From Phaeosaccion multiseriatum (taxonomy: Eukaryota > Protista > Ochrophyta, other classes), in the NCBI GenBank assembly GCA_965112735.1, contig OZ218960.1, positions 2,790,001 to 2,854,000 on the forward strand: a stretch of DNA of 64,000 nucleotides, read 5' to 3'. The notes under the pieces were generated by a model. That model searched no databases and was not told where the DNA came from. It saw only the letters and a list, made by a program, of their open reading frames with translations. Positions 27,178 through 39,019 of the stretch are shown here, in pieces (position 1 is the stretch's first letter; each line of letters starts with the position of its first letter). A program made the translations under genes and the position numbers.

Positions 27178-28340
27178 GGAAGCCTGAGGACAAGTCCTGA
27201 AAGGAGCATGTAGCGTTTAGATGACAAGAGTATGTGAGGAAGTAGCAGCATATAGAAAGGAAAGGGGATCACAGCGTGGCAGGTAGAGACAAGGGTACTT
27301 AAAGTAAACAACAGTTGTTTACTTTAAGTACCCTTGGTAGAGACAGACAGACGGCCACGCACGCACGCACGCACGCACGCACGCACACACGCACACTCGC
27401 TCGCTGACGAACTGCATGATATCGATATTGACGTCGGTATCGATGTTGATATTAGATATCGGTGTTGATTTTCGTATCGGTTCGGATGGGACACTGCCAG
27501 CAGTGGAAGGGGAGGCGTGGGAGGAGAGGCTGGAGCGCTGGTCGGGCGAAAGTTTTTCCATATTTACTAATTACTGCGATGTCGCGGTTGATTGGCACTT
27601 TTGACGCCCCGTGATTTGTTTTTGACGCCAAATGACGAGTGCTTTGACGGGCGGCCACCGGGCTGATAGGGCTATTTTGACGTAAGGTCGTCCCGACGCC
27701 TATATATTAATCAAGTCAAAAAGGATTTCCGCGTCGAGACATGAGGGGTCTTCACGTAAGGTCGTCCCGAGGCACGTAAGGTCGTTCAAACTACATGGCA
27801 ATGAGGACGGCCTCCTAGACGCTACCTTGAGAGATGAGAGGCATGGAGGCCGACCTAGAAGGCCAAGAGCCAGATACCTCTGGTGGTACCCTTGAAAGCC
27901 GCGACAGGGACAGTCCTCTTGCGGATGAGGATGTTGAAAAGAGCAGACAAAGCACAAAAAAGCATGAAGCAATCCATGCTTTAGAGGGCTCTACAGGACC
28001 ACCAGCACCCGTTGCAGCAGCGGGTATCATCGGTGACAGCATCACCATCAGTATCAGCAGCAGAAGCAGCAGCACGGGGGTCTATTAACCCCTACATCGC
28101 ACGCACTGCTATTTTTGCTGCTGCTGTAACTGCTGCTGCTGCTCCTGCTGCTGCTTTTCCTACAGTTCCTCCTGCGAAGAAAGAGAGGGGGCGAGGACGT
28201 CCCCGAGGGAGCAAGGACACTTCCGCCAAGTTGGATGGAGCTGCAGCGCCAGCAAAGAAGGCTGCTGGGCCAGTAAAGAGAGGGCGAGGAGGACCCCCAG
28301 GGAGCAAGAGCGCGAAGGGAAGTGCAAAGCCAGGTCCTGT

Positions 28341-28545
28341 TGTTACGGTATAAGGCATCCCAATATGCCTTCAGTATTATCCGAACGTTTGGATAACGTG
28401 TCGGTAGCACCAACCCCCCCGGTGTGAAGGTAGGACTCACAGAGCTCACCTTTTGTTACGATATAAGGCATCCCAATATGCCTTCAGTATTATCCGAACG
28501 TTTGGATAATACTGAAGGCATATTGGGATGCCTTATATCGTAACA
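28341..28545. mobile_element. 205-bp nested insertion, TGTTACG...CGTAACA ends, 5-bp TSD CCTGT
   Basis: CCTGT at 28336-28340 and 28546-28550. Terminal inverted repeats of about 45 bp. Internal 92-bp palindrome 28454-28545. Confidence 0.9.
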
Positions 28546-28814
28546 CCTGTACGCCAGGAAACGGTCGACAGAAATCGGGGTAATTGGGCCAAGATGGGAT
28601 TTGTAGTTCCAGGCAGCTTTGAGGAGAGAGAGGGCACAGTTCTGGGCTCTCCACTACCATCTGTAGCACCAGCAAAGACGTCTTCTCCGGCCCTCCCACG
28701 CGCCGAAGCAAGCAGCTGCTGCTTGCACCAAGGAAGCATCAGCAAGAGGGACACCGGCAGATAGCTCAGGAGGAGAGGAACAGCTGCGGCTGGCGCCAAG
28801 GGAGGGCAGGCGTC

Positions 28815-29452
28815 TGCAGGAGAGGCATCGCGTCACGCAGCTCGTCATGCAGGTGGGTGGGTGAGAGAGAGAGAGAGAGAGTCCTTCGGGGAGGGGAGGG
28901 AGCATAGAAGAGGAGCATGGGAAGAGAGGCATAGGAGAAAGTGGAAGATGACCGTAGGAGTTGATGTGCTCCCTCTCTCCCTCCCCCGTCCGTCCCTCCG
29001 TCCCTCCAGCAGAAAGCTCCGCAGAAGCAGCTGCCGAGACAGCAGCAGCAGCAGCATCTCCAGGAGGAGGTATCACATCACGCCGCTCGTCATGTCATGC
29101 AGGTGGGTAGGTGAGAGAGGGAGAGAGTCCTTTGGGGAGGGGAGGGAGCATAGAAGGGGGGCATGGGAAGAGAGGCATAGGAGAAAAGCAGAAGATGCCC
29201 GTAGGAATTGATGCGCTCCCTCTCTCCCTCCCCCCTCCGTCCCTCCGGCTCAAAGCTCCGCAGAGGCAGCGCCGAGACAGCAGCAGCAGCAGCAGCATCT
29301 GCAGGAGAGGCATCACATCACGCCGCTCGTCATGTCATGCAGGTGGGTTGGTGAGAGAGGGAGAGTCCTTTGGGGTGCGGAGGGAGCATAGAAGAGGAGC
29401 ATGGGACGAGAGGCGTAGGAGAGAAGTAGAAGACGCCCGTAGGAATTGATGG
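28815..29452. repeat. About 240-bp tandem triplication inside the transposon
   Basis: TCGTCATG..CAGGTGGG..GAGAGTCCTT..GAGCATAGAAG..CCGTAGGA recurs near 28842, 29087 and 29327. Confidence 0.85.
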
Positions 29453-30703
29453 AGTGAGGGAGTCCTCGGTGGACAGAGGTGCGGCAGCCGGGCGACGACC
29501 AGAGAGGGGAGAGTTGTTAGCGAATTGTGCGATCGACTTTGACCGCTGGGCTTGCGTCTGGAACGAGGGCTGCAGTGACGAAAGGACTCGGCAAGTGGAG
29601 CAACGTTTTCCGCAAGACGAGTGCACATCTGCGCCAGTACCACGACCTGCTGAAGATGAGGATGAACACGAAGGCCACTATGAAGCCGATTCTTCAACAG
29701 GGGGCCAGCCTGACAGCAGACTTGAGGCGACCGGCGCCTGGGGAGGAGTTCACCACTCCGTCTTAGAGCCACAGCCGACGTGCCCATCGCCAGGACAGCT
29801 CGAGCAGCTGAGGCTGAGGGAGGAGCCTATGTCTTTGGTAGCAGCAACTGCTGCGGCTGCGGCTGCGAGAAGCGCCGAGGCGTGCACCCTGCGGGAGCAA
29901 GCCCCCTCCCTCTCTACTCAGGGTGGAAGCGTGCCTAAATAGCGGTGCTAGTGGTCGACCGGCCACACTTCGCGCTAAATCACAGCGGAAAAGGGCCTGT
30001 AAGATGTGCGAGAAGTGTGGGCATTAGCAGGAGGTTGGGAGGGGTGGCGTGAGCGTGCACACAGGGAAGGAGAAGACTTGTTGCATACCGACAAGCGGAC
30101 CTGGAAGCGCAATCGCAATGGCGAGCTCATTCCAGAGACCCAGTCCGCCAGCAAGATGTATGGTGGGCCCTGTGAGTGTGTATTCGGCAGTTCATTCGCA
30201 GCTTCTAAGCCATAGAAAGGCCAATACAGGGCCAAAAAAGGGGGGGCAAAGTCTCTTCGCTTGTTGTAATCCACTAGCCAGTCGCCAGTTGTGGTGGGGG
30301 AATTTGAATTTAATTGGCTGGCCCTTCGGGCCAGCCCTATTAGCACGATATTCGCCCTTTGACGACGTTTGAGGACGTTTGAACCCCTTTTTTACCCACT
30401 TTGAAGCCCTGTTTGACGCACTTTGACGCCCTTTGACGCCCTTGTATCTTAATTCGCCACGTCAAAGGGCGTCAAAGTGCGTCAAACAGGGCTTTAAAGT
30501 GGGTACAAAAGGGGTTCAAACGTCGTCAAACGTCGTCAAACGTCGTCAAAGCAATCGTCATTTGGCGTCAAAAAAAAATCACGGGGCGTCAAAAGTGCCA
30601 ATCAACCGCGAAATCACAGTAATTAAAATTAAGTATTAACGTAGTTAGCAAAGTGCCACACAATTTGCTTTAGGCACCACTCGGGCGGGTGGTGCAGAGC
30701 GAA

Positions 30704-31006
30704 GGAAGGTAGGTAGGTAGGAAGGAAGGAAGGAAGGTCGGTATGAAGGAAGGAAGGAAGGAAGGAAGGAAGGAAGGAAGGAAGGAAGGAAGGCAGGAAG
30801 GAAGGAAGGACGGAAGGAAGGAATGAAGGAAGGAAGGAAGGAAGGAAGGAAGGAAGGCAGGAAGGCAGGAAGGACGGAAGGAAGGCAGGAAGGAAGGAAG
30901 GAAGGAAGGAAGGAAGGCAGGAAGGAAGGAAGGACGGCAGGAAGGCAGGAAGGAAGGAAGGAAGGAAGGAAGGAAGGAAGGAAGGAAGGAAGGAAGGAAG
31001 GAAGGA
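30704..31006. repeat. (GGAA)n microsatellite
   Basis: Visible tract between the transposon and the 3' end of the next gene. Confidence 0.95.
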
Positions 31007-31033
31007 ACGCGAAGCGATGACTTCGAGCAATTT

Positions 31034-32766
31034 CTACAGAAACTGGCAAATCTGATCTGCTTCCCGCGGTCGGATCTCTCTCAGTGTACCCTGCAGCTGC
31101 TGAATTTCCAATAACAGTTTACGCAGGTCGCTACAGCCCTTATGCTGCCTTCGCTTCGCCACAGGCCTTTGCCCTCCGCCGCCCCCCGGGGACTTGTCCT
31201 TCCCCACGGAGAAAATGCCGTACTTTTCCAGAGCCCAGAGCAGCTTACTCAGTACTGGTTGCGGTGAGGGTTACGGTGGATGGGGGGGGGAGGGAGGGAG
31301 GAAGGGAGGGAGGAGGAGGAGGAGGAGGAGGAGGAGGAGGAAGCAGACATGGTAAATGTACTGAGGCATGTGTGGCGTGTGCGGCCAGCAAGTTTCCTTT
31401 TTGTCTCTTATGTGCCCCCCTCTATCCCTCTCCCTCTCTCGATCTCCCCCTCGCTATCCCCATATCTCTCTGCTTCTTTCCCCTCTCCCCCTCCCCCTCA
31501 CCTAGTTCCAAGTACTCCGTCTCGCTACTAAACCAAGAGAGGGTCTCCAAGCTGGCTTGGTGCAGGGTCATTTTCCTCCCGAAAACCTCCAACACAGCCC
31601 CGATGTAAAGGTCGTAGACGTCCGTCACGCCATGCGTTCTGTGGGGGATGTGGCTGATACCGAAGGCTTCCTCAATGTTCTGCAGCTTCAGCTTGAAGCT
31701 CTGAGGAGGGAGGGAGGGAGGGAGGAAGGGAGGGAGTTAAACGAGTGCGGGCCGGGGCTATACGTGGAGAATCAAAGGACGCATTGCTCCCTGTGGGAAA
31801 CAACGTGTCCACGTACGTACCTACCTACCTACCTAGTGTGGGAGGACCATGCCCAGTCTACAGGCTGCGGAAAGCACCTCCTCACTCACTCACTCACTCA
31901 CTCACCTTTTCTCGAGTGTTGAAAGTAATGTAGGCGTCCTTCCGCTGCTGGCCTTGCTCTGTGACGCTTCTCCGCTCAAACCACCAACTCGTAAAGTGCA
32001 TCTTCTCGGGCAAGGGCTGGCGGCGTGCAAGGGCTTTCCGCTGCCAGGGAACGAGGGAGATCGACCCTGCGCTGATGCTCAGAGTGCCTCTCGGGCCGCC
32101 GTGATGATGACCTGAGGCGTCAGAAGTGCCTGCCCGTCCCGGTGTGTGGATGGTAATCATATCAGTGTGGGGCAGCTGCTGACCATCGATGGTCTGCTGC
32201 TCTCCGTCGTCGTCATCGCCGTAACTACCCCCGCTCCGAGACTGTCGAGAGTGTTGAGACAGAGAGCTCGCAGCAGCAGAAGCGTTGCCCAAGAAGCACA
32301 CCGAGGAGCTGCCTCCCCCTCCTTCCTCTTCCTGCCTAGCGTAATGTCGCTGCTGCTGGCTCGGAGACTTCAGTCCACTCCTGCTGCCCATTCCCAGCTG
32401 CCTTAGTCTCCTTCGCTCCTCCGCCACCATGCTGCGAAAGTAGCCGAGCCCTGGGTGGTCTCCAGTCCATCCCGTCACACTGTCCACGTACTTCGGTCCC
32501 GCTTCTTGTCCTCTCCCCCCCCCTCCTGCAGCACTCGACTCAGTCGACAATTGCCGCGAGAAGTTGGGTGGGAGCGGTGTCTCTAGGGCTTGCTGAAGGA
32601 TCCACAGCAGCTCCGGTTCGTGGCGAGGGTCTACGTGAAGCAGTTCGGCCATACGATTCAAGTCGGCGGCGGGGCAAGGCGGAAGCGCGGCGACTGGCAG
32701 GGCTTGCACAGCATGATCATCTTCGCCACCAGGATGGACATCCTTAAGAAGCAGGGGGCAGGACAT
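31034..32766 (-). CDS. Protein with CEP164-like N-terminal WW-associated motif and DM10-like C-terminal domain
   Basis: MAELLHVDPRHEPELLWILQQALETPLPPNF and YVDSVTGWTGDHPGLGYFR resemble the CEP164-type WW region. DLYIGAVLEVFGRKMTL resembles DM10. Exons 32766-31906, 31700-31502 and 31254-31034 splice in frame to TAG. Confidence 0.7.
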
Positions 32767-32888
32767 TGAAAAATGGCGTTTCAGCCTGTGACGAGGCAGT
32801 TGGTGCCCCGATGTTTCCCAACTGGCGAGTGCGTCGGCTTCTCCCGCAGCAACGGAGCGGGCGTTTGCCCGGTGATAGCCTGTCTGCA

Positions 32889-33051
32889 ATGGGTGTATAC
32901 CCTCGCTGCAGTCCCGATGCGTGGAGCTACTGGTGCAGCAACGAGCGGAACTGGCGTAAGTACTGAAGGCGCGGGGCGGCAGAGGATGGGGGGGAGGATC
33001 GGAGACAGCGAGAGCGGGAGAGAGAGAGGAGAGGGGGAGAGAGAGAGGAGC

Positions 33052-33082
<31 letters not shown>

Positions 33083-33261
33083 GCAGAAGGGGGGGGGGGG
33101 GGGGGTGAGAAAGGGACAGAAGCGCCCAGCAGGAAATAAACGCCTCGATCGGAGGGTTGACTTGGCGGGCAGAGCAGTGAAGGGCGAGCACCTCCCTCTA
33201 CCCCCTTCTCACCCACGCACCCCCACCTGTCCCTCTTCTCTTTGTCTCCTTTCTCTCTCGA

Positions 33262-33298
<37 letters not shown>

Positions 33299-35028
33299 TG
33301 TGACGCATCGCAACACAGTCATCGCCCTCAACACCTTCGTCATGGTGTCTGGAGCGGTGCTGGCAGGGGCGGCCATTGCCCTCACGTACTCCGCCACAGC
33401 TTCGCAGAACGGAGAGAACAACAGCGAGGAGGGAGACCGCACTGTATATGACACCTGGCTGGCTCTGTCGGTCATGGGGGCCTTCCAAACCATCGTTGCC
33501 GTGGTGGGCATCATCGCGGCAGACAAGGTAGGCTAATATGAGGTCATTAAGAAGGCGAAAGAGGCCATATACATTGATGTATAGGTAGATACACGGATTA
33601 GTGGATAGCTCGAATGGTAGATGGGTAGATGGATGGACAGATAGATGGGTGGCTGGAGAAGATCAATAGGTAAAAGGGGAAGAAAGAAATGGAAAAAAGG
33701 AAATAGATAAGATAGAAAGGGCATGGGAGTTATCCTTGCCCGATCGTTCCCTTTACCCATGCCATGCCTCGCTCTACGTCGGACCTCCTATCCTTACTCC
33801 CACTGCAAGCCTCACACTCTCTGGCACTTGCCCTCGCACTCGCACGGCACTACCTACACGATGTGGGTTAGGTTTCTCTCCAGCTCATGGTGGTCAACTT
33901 CTGGCTGACGGCACTAGTGATGGTGGTGATCTTTATCTTTGTAGTCATGGCCTTCGACTTTCAGTACAGCTTCGCCATTTGGATCAGTCAGCACTGGTCC
34001 GACGACGGGCTCTTGTCTTGGAGGAAGCAGTTCTGCAGAGAAGGTGAGCCGCACACGCACGCCCAGACGCACACACGCACACACACACACATACACACAG
34101 ACATGCACACACGTACACACACGTACACACACGTCCCTCAGTCAGTAACCCTCCTCCATTCTCCTGTCGAGAAGGTGAGGCACACACACACATACACACA
34201 CACACACGTGCGCGCGCCCCTCAGTCAACCAGTCTCCCTCCTGCACACCCTTCGTTCGTCTTCATACCTGCCAAGCCTCGCCCCACCACACTGGTACGCT
34301 GCTGCGCACCATACCAAACTTTCGTTCCCCTCCCTCCTCCCTCCCCCCTCCTCACCTCCCTCTACCCATCCCTTCCCTCCCTGCGTTCTACACGCACTTG
34401 TGTTCCAACCCTCCAACCCTCCAACCCTCCAACCCTCCCTCCCTCCCCTCCCTCCCCAGGCACATATGACAACTTGTGCAAAGTCCCCAAGGCGGGCTTC
34501 CCTTACGCCGATCAAACGGCGTGGTGCGTGGCGCGGTACGACAGCACGGAGTGTGAGGCCGTCCGAAGGTTAGTCCTTCGTTAGTCGTCAGTTGCTAGTT
34601 GACCCAAGATCCACCTCTACGAACTAACTCACTCATTCACGCACTCACGGGTTCCCTCGCTCACTCACTCACTCACTCACTCACCCACTCACTCACCCAC
34701 TCACTCACTCACTCACTCACTCACCCACTCACTCACTATCACTCACTCACTCTCACTCACTCACTCACTCAGCGGGACGGAGATCGATGTCCGTCCACTT
34801 AGCAATTATTCATTCATACATGACATTACATCATTCGTTGACTTACTGCAGGGAGGCGCTGGACACTGCCAACGTGTACATTGAGCTGTGGATGAACGTT
34901 GCCGGCACCATCGCTGTGTCCAGCGTCCTCGAGATGATGTTCAGGTGAGTGATTTGAGCCTAGAGGGATAGAGGGAGGGAGATGAACCTGACGATACTTC
35001 CCGTTGTCTTTCTACAGAACGAATCTCC

Positions 35029-35065
<37 letters not shown>

Positions 35066-36686
35066 CGTGTGTGTGTGTGCGTGCGTGTGTTGTGGAGGCA
35101 TGTACAACGCCCCAAAGTGTTAATTTTTGCCCTGCTCTGACGCATCTTCCTTCCTCCCTCCCTCCCTCCCTCCCCCTCCCCTCCCTCCCTCCCTCCCTCT
35201 GCACAGTCTATACCTCACCATCCGCGTGGTGACTGTGCCGATCATCATGATGTCAGCGAAGAGCATGATTAACTACCTCATGATCTTTCCTGCGGTTGGC
35301 ACGAGCATCATGGGGTACTATGTGGGGTACGTGTAGCGTGTAGTGGGTATCCATAACCCACTTTAAGTTTCAGTTTATTAGACCTTTTCTGACTATCAAT
35401 CGGGGTCAGAAAGGGGGGGGAGCTCTTTGTCGAGGAGGCCTTCTTTGGAAGTAGTCTTGTTGTTTTGCTGCTCCGCTCTTACCTGCTTCACGGTACTCGC
35501 GCCCTCACCCCCCCCCCCCCCACACACACACACCCACGCACACACACACACACACACCCAACCCTTCCCCACAGGCTGTACGACGACGAATACGGACAGC
35601 TTCGGTGGGTGGACGACATGTTCTTCGCTGCTGGAGGACTGCTGTTGGCGACGGCATTCCTTGGTGTGGTGGCAGGGGCCGTCAAGCACCTTCGGCTGTT
35701 GCAGGCCTATCTGCTCGGGCTGGGCCTTGTACTGCTCATGTACATCATGATGGTGATCAGCGCTTTCTATCTCGTGGGGACGCTGGAGATACTGGGGCAG
35801 GTGAGAGAAGGGGGGAGGAGGGAGGGAGTGAGGGAGGGAGGTGGGAGGGAGGGAGAGCCTACTCACTCACTCACTCACTCGACTCACTCACTCGACTCAC
35901 TCACTCGACTTACTCACTCGACTTACTCACTCACCCCTATACTCACTCTCTCATTTGGCCTCACTCACTCGACTTACTCACTCGACTTACTCACTCACCC
36001 CTATACTCACTCTCTCATTTGGCCTCACTCACTCGACTCACTCACTCGACTTACTCACTCCTATACTCACTCACCCCTATACTCACTCACTCACCCACTC
36101 TCCACCCACCCATTTCCCACTCACTCATCCCCTCACGCACTCACTCACTCACTCACTCACTCACTCACTCACTCACTCACTCACACTATAGGAGAAGTCC
36201 ACAGCGGAGATCGGTGCAGATGCGTGCCGGCTGCAGCTGTACGGGTGCTGCTGCTGCTCCAACGCCACCATGTACGAGAACTACGATGAGATCTTTGTGG
36301 AGTACGACATTCCGGCCTGCCCAGGTACGACAAGTTATTGAATGCACTTACGTACCCCGCCTGCTTGTCTCAGTGCCTGCCTACCTGTTGCTTGCCTGCT
36401 TGCCTGCTTGCCTGCTTGCCTGCTTGCCTGCCTGCCTGCCTGCCTGCCTGCCTGCTCTTGCCATCCGCTGCCATCCCATCCCATCCCCTTCCCTCCCCTG
36501 CCATCCGCCCCCTTCCTAACATAACAAACAGAGTACACTACGGAGGAAGTGGTGGATTATGGCCTGGCGTTCATTAAGATCTCCGCCATCATGACCCTCC
36601 CTGCCATGGCCTTTGTGGTTGCCGCCCTTACGGGGGGGCTGGTGCTTCACAACAATCTCAAGAGCTACCAGTGTGACTACATTTGA
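32889..36686 (+). CDS. 8-TM membrane protein made of two tandem tetraspanin-like modules
   Basis: Exons 32889-32955, 33319-33527, 33872-34043, 34460-34568, 34852-34944, 35207-35326, 35575-35800, 36192-36324 and 36532-36686 splice in frame. The pattern 3TM + Cys loop + TM occurs twice, and the second loop has YGCCCC. Confidence 0.78.
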
Positions 36687-36787
36687 GTTTCAGTTGTGAT
36701 GGGTGTGCTCGGCTAGGCTTGAATTTCAGCTTCGACGTCTCTGTGTGACGTCACAGAGAGTGTGCGCGGGGGTTAGGCGGGATCAAG

Positions 36788-36829
<42 letters not shown>

Positions 36830-37910
36830 CTCGCTCTGTGGAGTTATGAGCACCCCCTTTTGAGTCAGTCAGCGCTGACGCACAGCACCGCTGATGCAGG
36901 GGCTGTGGGATTGTCAGGGAGGGAGGCGGCATGAGCAGCAGCTGCAGTTGGTGATACAGCAGCAGCAGTTATGAGGCATCATCACAGCATTATTAGAAGT
37001 TGTGGTCGTGGGGTTGAAAGAAACCCCACAACCTTCGGTGGGCGCAACTAGCCATAGCCACAGCCCGACTTGCATGAGCTCGACCTCCTCTTGGGTCGCT
37101 CCTTACTGCCTGGCAGTAGACTGATCCCACATGCTGATGCTGATGCTATGGCGGACTGACTGCTAGCCACACAAGTGGCGCATGTGCCCTGCTCGAAGTA
37201 CATGGTCGACAATGTGAGCGTCTGTGTGCCGACATCGGCCGGGACGGGCTTTTGATTGGACCGGCAAGGGCGGCCAATCCGCCTACTGTAACTCACGTCG
37301 CTCTGCTTCTAGGCTCTTCCTCGGAAGCTGGCTGCTGGAGGAAGGAAGGAAGGAAGGAAGGCAACCCCACCCAGGAAGCGTTGGAGAGTGGCGCAAAGAA
37401 TGGGAAGAACACTGGAGCAGCAGCAGCGGCGGCATACGCAGGGGAGGAGCGAAGAGTGCGGCTGCAGAGGAGGAGCAGCCAATTCCTCTCTTTTCCTCTC
37501 CTTTCGGAGTGTCAACTCTTGTATTATTAGTACCTACTGAGAGATGTGTTCAAGCAAGTGAAGGGCAAGGCCATCGGCTTGGGAGGGAAGCGGGTTTAGA
37601 GTGAGAGAAGAGAATCCTGCGCTACCTGTCATGGCATCTCGATATAGTGCTCGGTCACAAATGTCGATATGTATCACAACACTTACAGGGGGGCTGCTGA
37701 AACTGAAAGCCAAGGGGAAGTACATGATGAGGATGAGTCATCTCTCGTGAATTATTTCATTCACGTGCCGTGCGCGCGGTTGTTTCATTGACGACTGCAC
37801 TCTTCTCCTCCGTGTATGCCTCGGCGCTCCCAATGATGGTGATGTGCCCTGCCTCCAGCGCGGCAAAGGGGTGGTTGGAGCAGCGGAGAGAGTACACGGC
37901 CTACCCGTTA

Positions 37911-38088
37911 GTCGGCCCCTGACAAGGTTCTGAGGCGACCCAGGTTCGTTCCAGGTTCTGGGGGAAAGCCATGTAATAAGGCAATGATGAGGACCAAGGC
38001 TGCTCTGCCAAGCCTTGTATTACTATTGTGAACACACCAGGTTCCAGCTTCTGGCCTGGGTAGCCTCAGAACCTTGTCAGGGGCCGAC
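37911..38088. mobile_element. MITE, 34-bp TIR
   Basis: GTCGGCCCCTGACAAGGTTCTGAGGCGACCCAGG (37911-37944) is the reverse complement of 38055-38088 with 1 mismatch. Confidence 0.8.
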
Positions 38089-38229
38089 AGTAGGACACGC
38101 CCTACCCGGTCCTGTTCCATCCCGGCCCGTCCGAGGACGTCTGGCTGCCCCTACAAGGATGAAAGGCCTAGCAGCACCCATGGGATGGTGTTGCGTGCGT
38201 TGACCTCTCTTGCACGCTCTCTCTTGTGC

Positions 38230-38293
<64 letters not shown>

Positions 38294-38774
38294 CTCTCTT
38301 TCCTTCCGGGCGGGGGCCGCTCAGGCCGCGTGTGCTTCATCCACCCTTTGCGGACTCATCTGAACACCCTCGAGCAGTCTGTCCAAAAAGTAGGTGCCCT
38401 TCCCTTAGGTAAAAAGACTGCAAAGGGGGGATATTCCTAGGGCCAGCAGCCTCGACTTGTCGTTATTGGCTGGCTGGCTTGGGTAGGAGGTATAAAACTG
38501 AACCCAGTGCAGGCTCCACGCCGCAACCCAGCCCGACTGCAACACCTGACTCGTTGGTCAACCGTCCTGCTTGCTGTATCACCAACTGCTGCTGATGTAT
38601 CACCAACTGCTCTGCTCGATGCTCTGGGTGATATCTCTGGGTAGACCACACCCACCCCCCAAACTCGCCTTTTCCTTCGGTGAGCCAGCAGCTCAATCAG
38701 CAGCGTTGCTCCTTATCTTACTGGAACTGGAAGTGGAACTGGAAAAGTCGCGTGGATGGCTCGGGATGGAGGCT

Positions 38775-38943
38775 CTCGATCCACCCCTGACGTGCTATCG
38801 ACGCATTCTCGATAGCAGATAGCACGCCGGCTGGCGCCGGCGGTAGCAGGCAGTCGAACGATACCACCCGATCGGCCGGTAGCAGGTCAAGGCCGGCTGG
38901 CGCCGGGCGATAGCAGATAGCAGACAGCGCGTCAGGGGTCGAG
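38775..38943. mobile_element. Short MITE-like element (CCCCTGACG...CGTCAGGGG), copy 1
   Basis: Short inverted ends. Internal blocks GACGCATTCTCGATA, GATAGCACGCCGGCTGGCGCCGGCGGT and AGCAGGTCAAGGCCGGCTG are shared with 40164-40851. Confidence 0.7.
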
Positions 38944-39019
38944 CTCCCCTCTCCCATGGCCGAGAGTGAAGGTCCTTCTTCCCCACGGCAGCACCGTGAT
39001 GCTCAGGGCCCAGGATAAG

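Larger units (their letters stand above)
27835..30213 (+). pseudogene. Decayed transposon-borne ORF: AT-hook region and Cys-containing C-terminal remnant
   Basis: KKERGRGRPRGSK and KRGRGGPPGSK (AT-hook-like) at about 28180-28310. The frame continues after removing the 28341-28545 insert. Frameshifted pieces IDFDRWACVWNE and FRKTSAHLRQYHDLL lie at about 29530-29655, and RKRACKMCEKCGH* at about 29985-30030. Confidence 0.5.
27574..30619. mobile_element. Non-autonomous/decayed DNA transposon, 76-bp TIRs, TA-flanked
   Basis: 27574-27649 (CTGCGATGTCGCGGTTGATTGGCACTTTTGACGCCCCGTGA...) is the reverse complement of 30544-30619 with 4 mismatches. TA lies on both sides. The interior has broken ORFs and TTTGACG subterminal motifs. 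Confidence 0.9.
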
